Assembly: GCF_004010195.1 (NCBI RefSeq)
Contig: NC_057720.1
Span: 21,141,217 to 21,205,216 of the forward strand
From: Chiloscyllium plagiosum
Taxonomy: Eukaryota
Reading direction: 5' to 3'
Length of the DNA stretch: 64,000 bases
In this document: piece after piece, positions 59,666-64,000 of the stretch
How the letters are laid out: each line of letters opens with the position of its first letter
How positions within the stretch are numbered: the stretch's first letter is position 1
Position numbers and translations under genes: made by a program
The notes under the pieces: generated by a model
Database searches by the model: none
The model's input: only the letters and a program-made list of their open reading frames with translations
What the model was told of the DNA's origin: nothing

Positions 59666-62600
59666 TTTGTTGACATCTAACCTTCATATAACCTGTTCGA
59701 TGTTTGTTTTCTCTCCATTATGAAGTATCCTCAGATGTCAGGCTGCATTTTTAAACGGGGCATGGGGGCGGGATAGGAAGAGAACAGGCCTGTGAATTCC
59801 TGGCATGGTTAAAGCTCCGGACTTTTCTCCAACCATGGGAAGAGTTGGGTTGAGGCTTTGGGAAGGGGGAAGGCGATGTGTATCAGGGGGTGGGAGGAAA
59901 GGGTAGGGTAACAGTTTCCCAGCACCAAATCGAGCTGGGAATAATGTTTCACACTGAACTGGGATACGTTAAGTTTACGACTAGTGAGTTATCAAATCAG
60001 CCCACAGTCCCAAAGAAAAAGTGAAATCAAGAGACAGCTGATGGTGCTGCAGGCTATACTTTGTTGGCTAAAACCCTGTCTGATTTTAGTCAGGGTAATC
60101 GTGTGATTCCAGAGCGACAGCTTTTCATCTTTACATTTTGATTCTGTGCAATGCTCAGAACCTTCTACACTGGAAACTTGAAAAAAAAACACATGCTTTC
60201 ATCCATGCAGATGAGATGTCATAGCTATACTTAACAGCAGTGTCACACAAACTGAGAGAAAAATTCTTGCAGTCAGTCTGCACCGACCCACACATTAACA
60301 GAAAGAAGGTCGTCAGCTAATGGAGCAGGAAAGATGCGCGATTGTTCAGAGGGAAAAAAAAATGCAACTCTGCTCTCTTCTCCACTAATGGGAAAACAAA
60401 TCTGCTGCTCCACATAATATTGAACTCTTTATTCAAATATTCATGGCATGTTGCAATGTATTTATTTTCTGTGAGGGTGGCAGCTGAATAATGCAGAGGA
60501 ACAACAGGATTGTTCGAGAAAGGGCATTCAGATGTTGACCTTAGAACAGGACTAGATTAGTCAGGGAATTTAAATGTTAAAAATCAAATGAAAAAGTATG
60601 CAGTGAGTGTGCCAGTTAATCAGTTAATCCATGGTAATATATGTATCTAAATGCGACTAACCCTTGGTGGTGGAGGGAGACGTTCAGTGTAGCAAATCAG
60701 CATTAATGGATGCAGTAAGTAAAGGGATGTTGAAGCAATACAGATGATCCCACACTGAAGTGTACTAAAATTACAAAGTAAGTAATCTCTGAATCTGGAA
60801 ATCATGGCTGAGGGGTGGAGTATGAAGTCACTGGATAAACACAGAGATCTAGAATTATGTTAACCCTTTTAACAGTGTACCTGAAATTATTAGGCATTCC
60901 CATATTGTTCAATGGAGCAATCACACAGCAGTTAATAGCCTGATTTGCAGAATAGGGATATTATTATTGTTGGAAAAACAAAGACAGCTCAATATTTGTT
61001 CAATAATAATGCCATTGAATTTTGTGTGTATGTATTTGATTTGGGAACAGTTAGTTGACAGAATTTTGCTTTCTTTTAGGTGGGAGTTTTTAAATTTGCT
61101 TCTGCTACCTCAGTGAGGCAATTTGAGTGGAACAGAATCTGATTTCCTACAAAGGAAAGGTACCTGCGGATGTATTACAGACAGATGGTTGTGCCGATGA
61201 GTTAGCCAAGTATCACTTAGAAGGAACATGCAGCTGAGTTTTAATGTTCTCCACTGGGAATTAATGAAGCGCATATTCATAGCATAAATCAAATGTTCCA
61301 GCATGTTTCTTTTTTGGAATCATTGGTGTGTTTCTGTTTTGACTTTTCCGGGAATTATTCCATGCTGCTGTATGGCACATGAACCATTTCCACCCCCAGC
61401 CTCCATATCTTCATGCAGAATGTTGGAGCTCATTGATGCTAAAGTGGCTACTGTGCACCGAAGCCTTTCAACTCTAGAAAGAATTCTATCTATTGTACGA
61501 AAGCAAAAAGGCAGATAGTTATGAGCAGTAAACAGGCACCATTCCAAGGGTAATAAATTAATTTGTATTTCTTGAAGTTCAACTCTCCAAATGATTACTG
61601 ATAGCAACATTAACTGATTGTGAGGAGCTAACTTTATCTATTTGGATTAACTACAACTGAAGGAAAACAATATATATTAACCTGTTAATTTGATTCTTTT
61701 TCCTCCTTTTTCTCAAGATAAAATACAAGTGACTCCAACAGACGTTACCATGAGACATCAATGGTCTCATGGTAAGTCTATATAAGTGCAGAAAAGAAAA
61801 ATAAAACATGAAATTACGATACAGCCAGAAATGACAAAAGGAAAGAACATGGGCGAAAATAGATATGAGTTCAATCCAACAGGCATTTCTTTAGATTTTC
61901 TTTCCTAAGAGTAGTCAGTTTGTTTGTGAAAAATCTTTAGAATTGGAGATCTCTTCTAAATCCATAAGAGCAATGGGTGACAAAAATAAACTAAAAGCTG
62001 CTGGCCATGTTTCTTAATGAGTACATTCTGACTAAAAGCTGATATGTTCATGAAGATAAAATGATCATTTCCCATTAGTGCATTGAAAGGCCACTGTAAG
62101 CCAGTGTATTCCCTTTTGGCAACCAGGGAGAGCCAATTATTCTGATACAAGATACATTGATGAGTCCCACTACCAGCTGGCAGCACTTCAATGGCTTTTA
62201 TGTATTGGTCTGTGCAAGCATGTTAAAGGGATAGTTCCCTTTCAATTTTTAACAAAAGTGTGCATGTGTGTGAACAATGCATTCTTCTGTCGTTTTAGAA
62301 AAAATATTAATACAGTGATAAAATCTTCTGAGGTTGAACCTCAAACCTGTTTCAATGCGAGGGTGTATCTGTTTGTTCATAATGCCAGGTATATTCCATT
62401 CTGACAATTTATAATTATAATACACTGTAAAACACATGATTCTGCAACACCGAGAATATTACTGTTTTTAAAACATGTAAACAATGAAAATGCAATTTAT
62501 TGTTCTGATGGTAGGTTTTATAAAACTCCATGCAAAATGCTTTGATGAAAAAAAAATTCAAAAATAATTATCAAAAACAAATCTTGAAGTATAAAAGATT

Positions 62601-62699
62601 GTTTGGACTGTAAAGAAAACTTGTAAATCTTACGAAAAGCAGGATACGGTAGAGATTTCCAGAAATGTCTGAAAGAGAAAAGGGAGGTTCATTGTATAG

Positions 62700-62815
62700 G
62701 AACATAGGAACAGGAGTAGACCATTCAGTCCCTCACACCTGGTCCACCGTTCAATGAGATCATGGCTGATCTATGGCCTAACTCCATATTACCTGCCTTT
62801 GGCCCCTATTCCTGA
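62700..62815 (-). mobile_element. CR1 3' tail fragment
   Basis: gaacataggaacaggagtagaccattcag...gagatcatggctgatc. Confidence 0.8.
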
Positions 62816-63177
62816 TTGGGTAGAAATCCTGTTTTTCAGAACAGCTGTCACACTGGCTTGTCAAATGAAGTGCAATCACTAATTTAAATACAATATTGAT
62901 AGCCTTAACTTTCTGAGGTCAGATCTACCAGGTTTTCTCTATTCAGTCATAAACCAATTTCACCTTCTGGATTGTATTTGCTGCCATCAGAGATACCAAT
63001 TCCATCTCCTGCATGCACCGCTAAGAAGAAGCTCAGTATGTGGGATTGAAACATCCTAGCTGTCGTGATGCTGACCTGCGAACTTGAACTGTCTATACCC
63101 TTAGACTAGTTATTCCAGTTCACCTTTGACATTGACGTCTATCTGAAATTGCACAAAAGCAGGGTGGATGTAAATGG

Positions 63178-63540
63178 TCATGGCTTGGAGAGGATGGACG
63201 ATAGGAAATTGTTTCCGTTAGGCGAGGAGACTAGGACCCATGGACACAGCCTTAGAATTAGAGGGGGTAAATTTAGAACAGAAATGCGGAGATATTTCTT
63301 CAGCCAGAGAGTGGTGGGCCTGTGGAATTCATTGCCACAGAGTGCAGTGGAGGCTGGGACGCTAAATGTCTTCAAGGCAGAAATTGATAAAATCTTGATG
63401 TCACAAGGAATTAAGGGCTACGGGGAGAATGCGGGTAAGTGGAGTTGAAATGCCCATCAGCCATGATTGAATGGCGGAGTGGACTCGATGGGCCGAATGG
63501 CCTTACTTCCGCTCCTATGTCTTATGGTCTTATGGTCTTA
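63178..63540 (+). mobile_element. CR1 3' end, young
   Basis: LFPLGEETRTHGHSLRIRGGKFRTEMRRYFFSQRVVGLWNSLP; (ttatggtc)n tail. Confidence 0.95.
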
Positions 63541-64000
63541 TTATCACCTTCCTTCAACCACCAGCAAAGTGGGAGAAGAAGTAATCAATGTTGTCAGGAA
63601 GTGATATTCGTTCATCAAAAACCTGCTTACTGATACTCGATTTGGCTTACAATGTTAGCTTCTGAATTCTGATGCCAGAGGAGATTTGAAAAAGCCACAA
63701 AGGTAGAGTTCCAATACTATAACTATTGCAGCAAACTGGATTTTTAAAAATATTCGACATTAAGGAGCTTTTAAACAAGACCCTAACAGTCATGTGACTT
63801 CTCTCCAGAATTCAACTGTGATTAGAACCAGATGTACCTCACAAAGTAACACTATCCACAAGGGTGAAAAGAAACTCAGGAACAATGACATCCTTGGTGA
63901 TTCAATTGCAAAAGGCTTGCATTCAAATTCTGATAGTAGTAGGAAAGACAAATAAAGCTTCATAAACTACGCATAGCACTAGTCAAACCACACTTCGAAT

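Noticed and set aside
59992..60192. Minus-strand ORF after a T-rich acceptor
   Set aside because: Weak donor and no recognisable homology.
1..64000. CRISPR arrays, rRNA, operons or intact autonomous transposon ORFs
   Set aside because: None seen; all retroelement ORFs are truncated or disrupted.

Overview
Repeat-dense vertebrate DNA, very probably from a shark or other elasmobranch. This is inferred from abundant HE1-type V-SINEs with CR1/HER1-like partner LINEs, a Deu-domain SINE and the overall repeat repertoire. There is a 500-N scaffold gap at 2704-3203. No intact protein-coding gene is recognisable; nearly all ORFs in the track are decayed retroelement fragments or SINE read-throughs. 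The window contains many CR1 fragments (ORF1 esterase, RT, 3' tails), L2/Crack-like and Tx1-like LINE fossils, Gypsy gag and integrase fossils, a solo LTR, at least four SINE families and three Tigger-like TA-flanked MITEs. The most notable signal is about a dozen short (100-260 bp) Penelope-derived inserts. Many are asymmetric palindromes with 10-17 bp target-site duplications. They carry minimal hammerhead-ribozyme motifs (CTGAnGA-A-stem II-GAAA-palindromic stem III-NUH), of which six are intact, and stem II covaries across families. Two longer copies keep GIY-YIG coding remnants, which links the system to Penelope. A few candidate spliced exons of an unidentified host transcript and possible regulatory motifs lie in unique sequence, all at low confidence. 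Repeat boundaries were read by eye and are approximate unless TSDs are cited.
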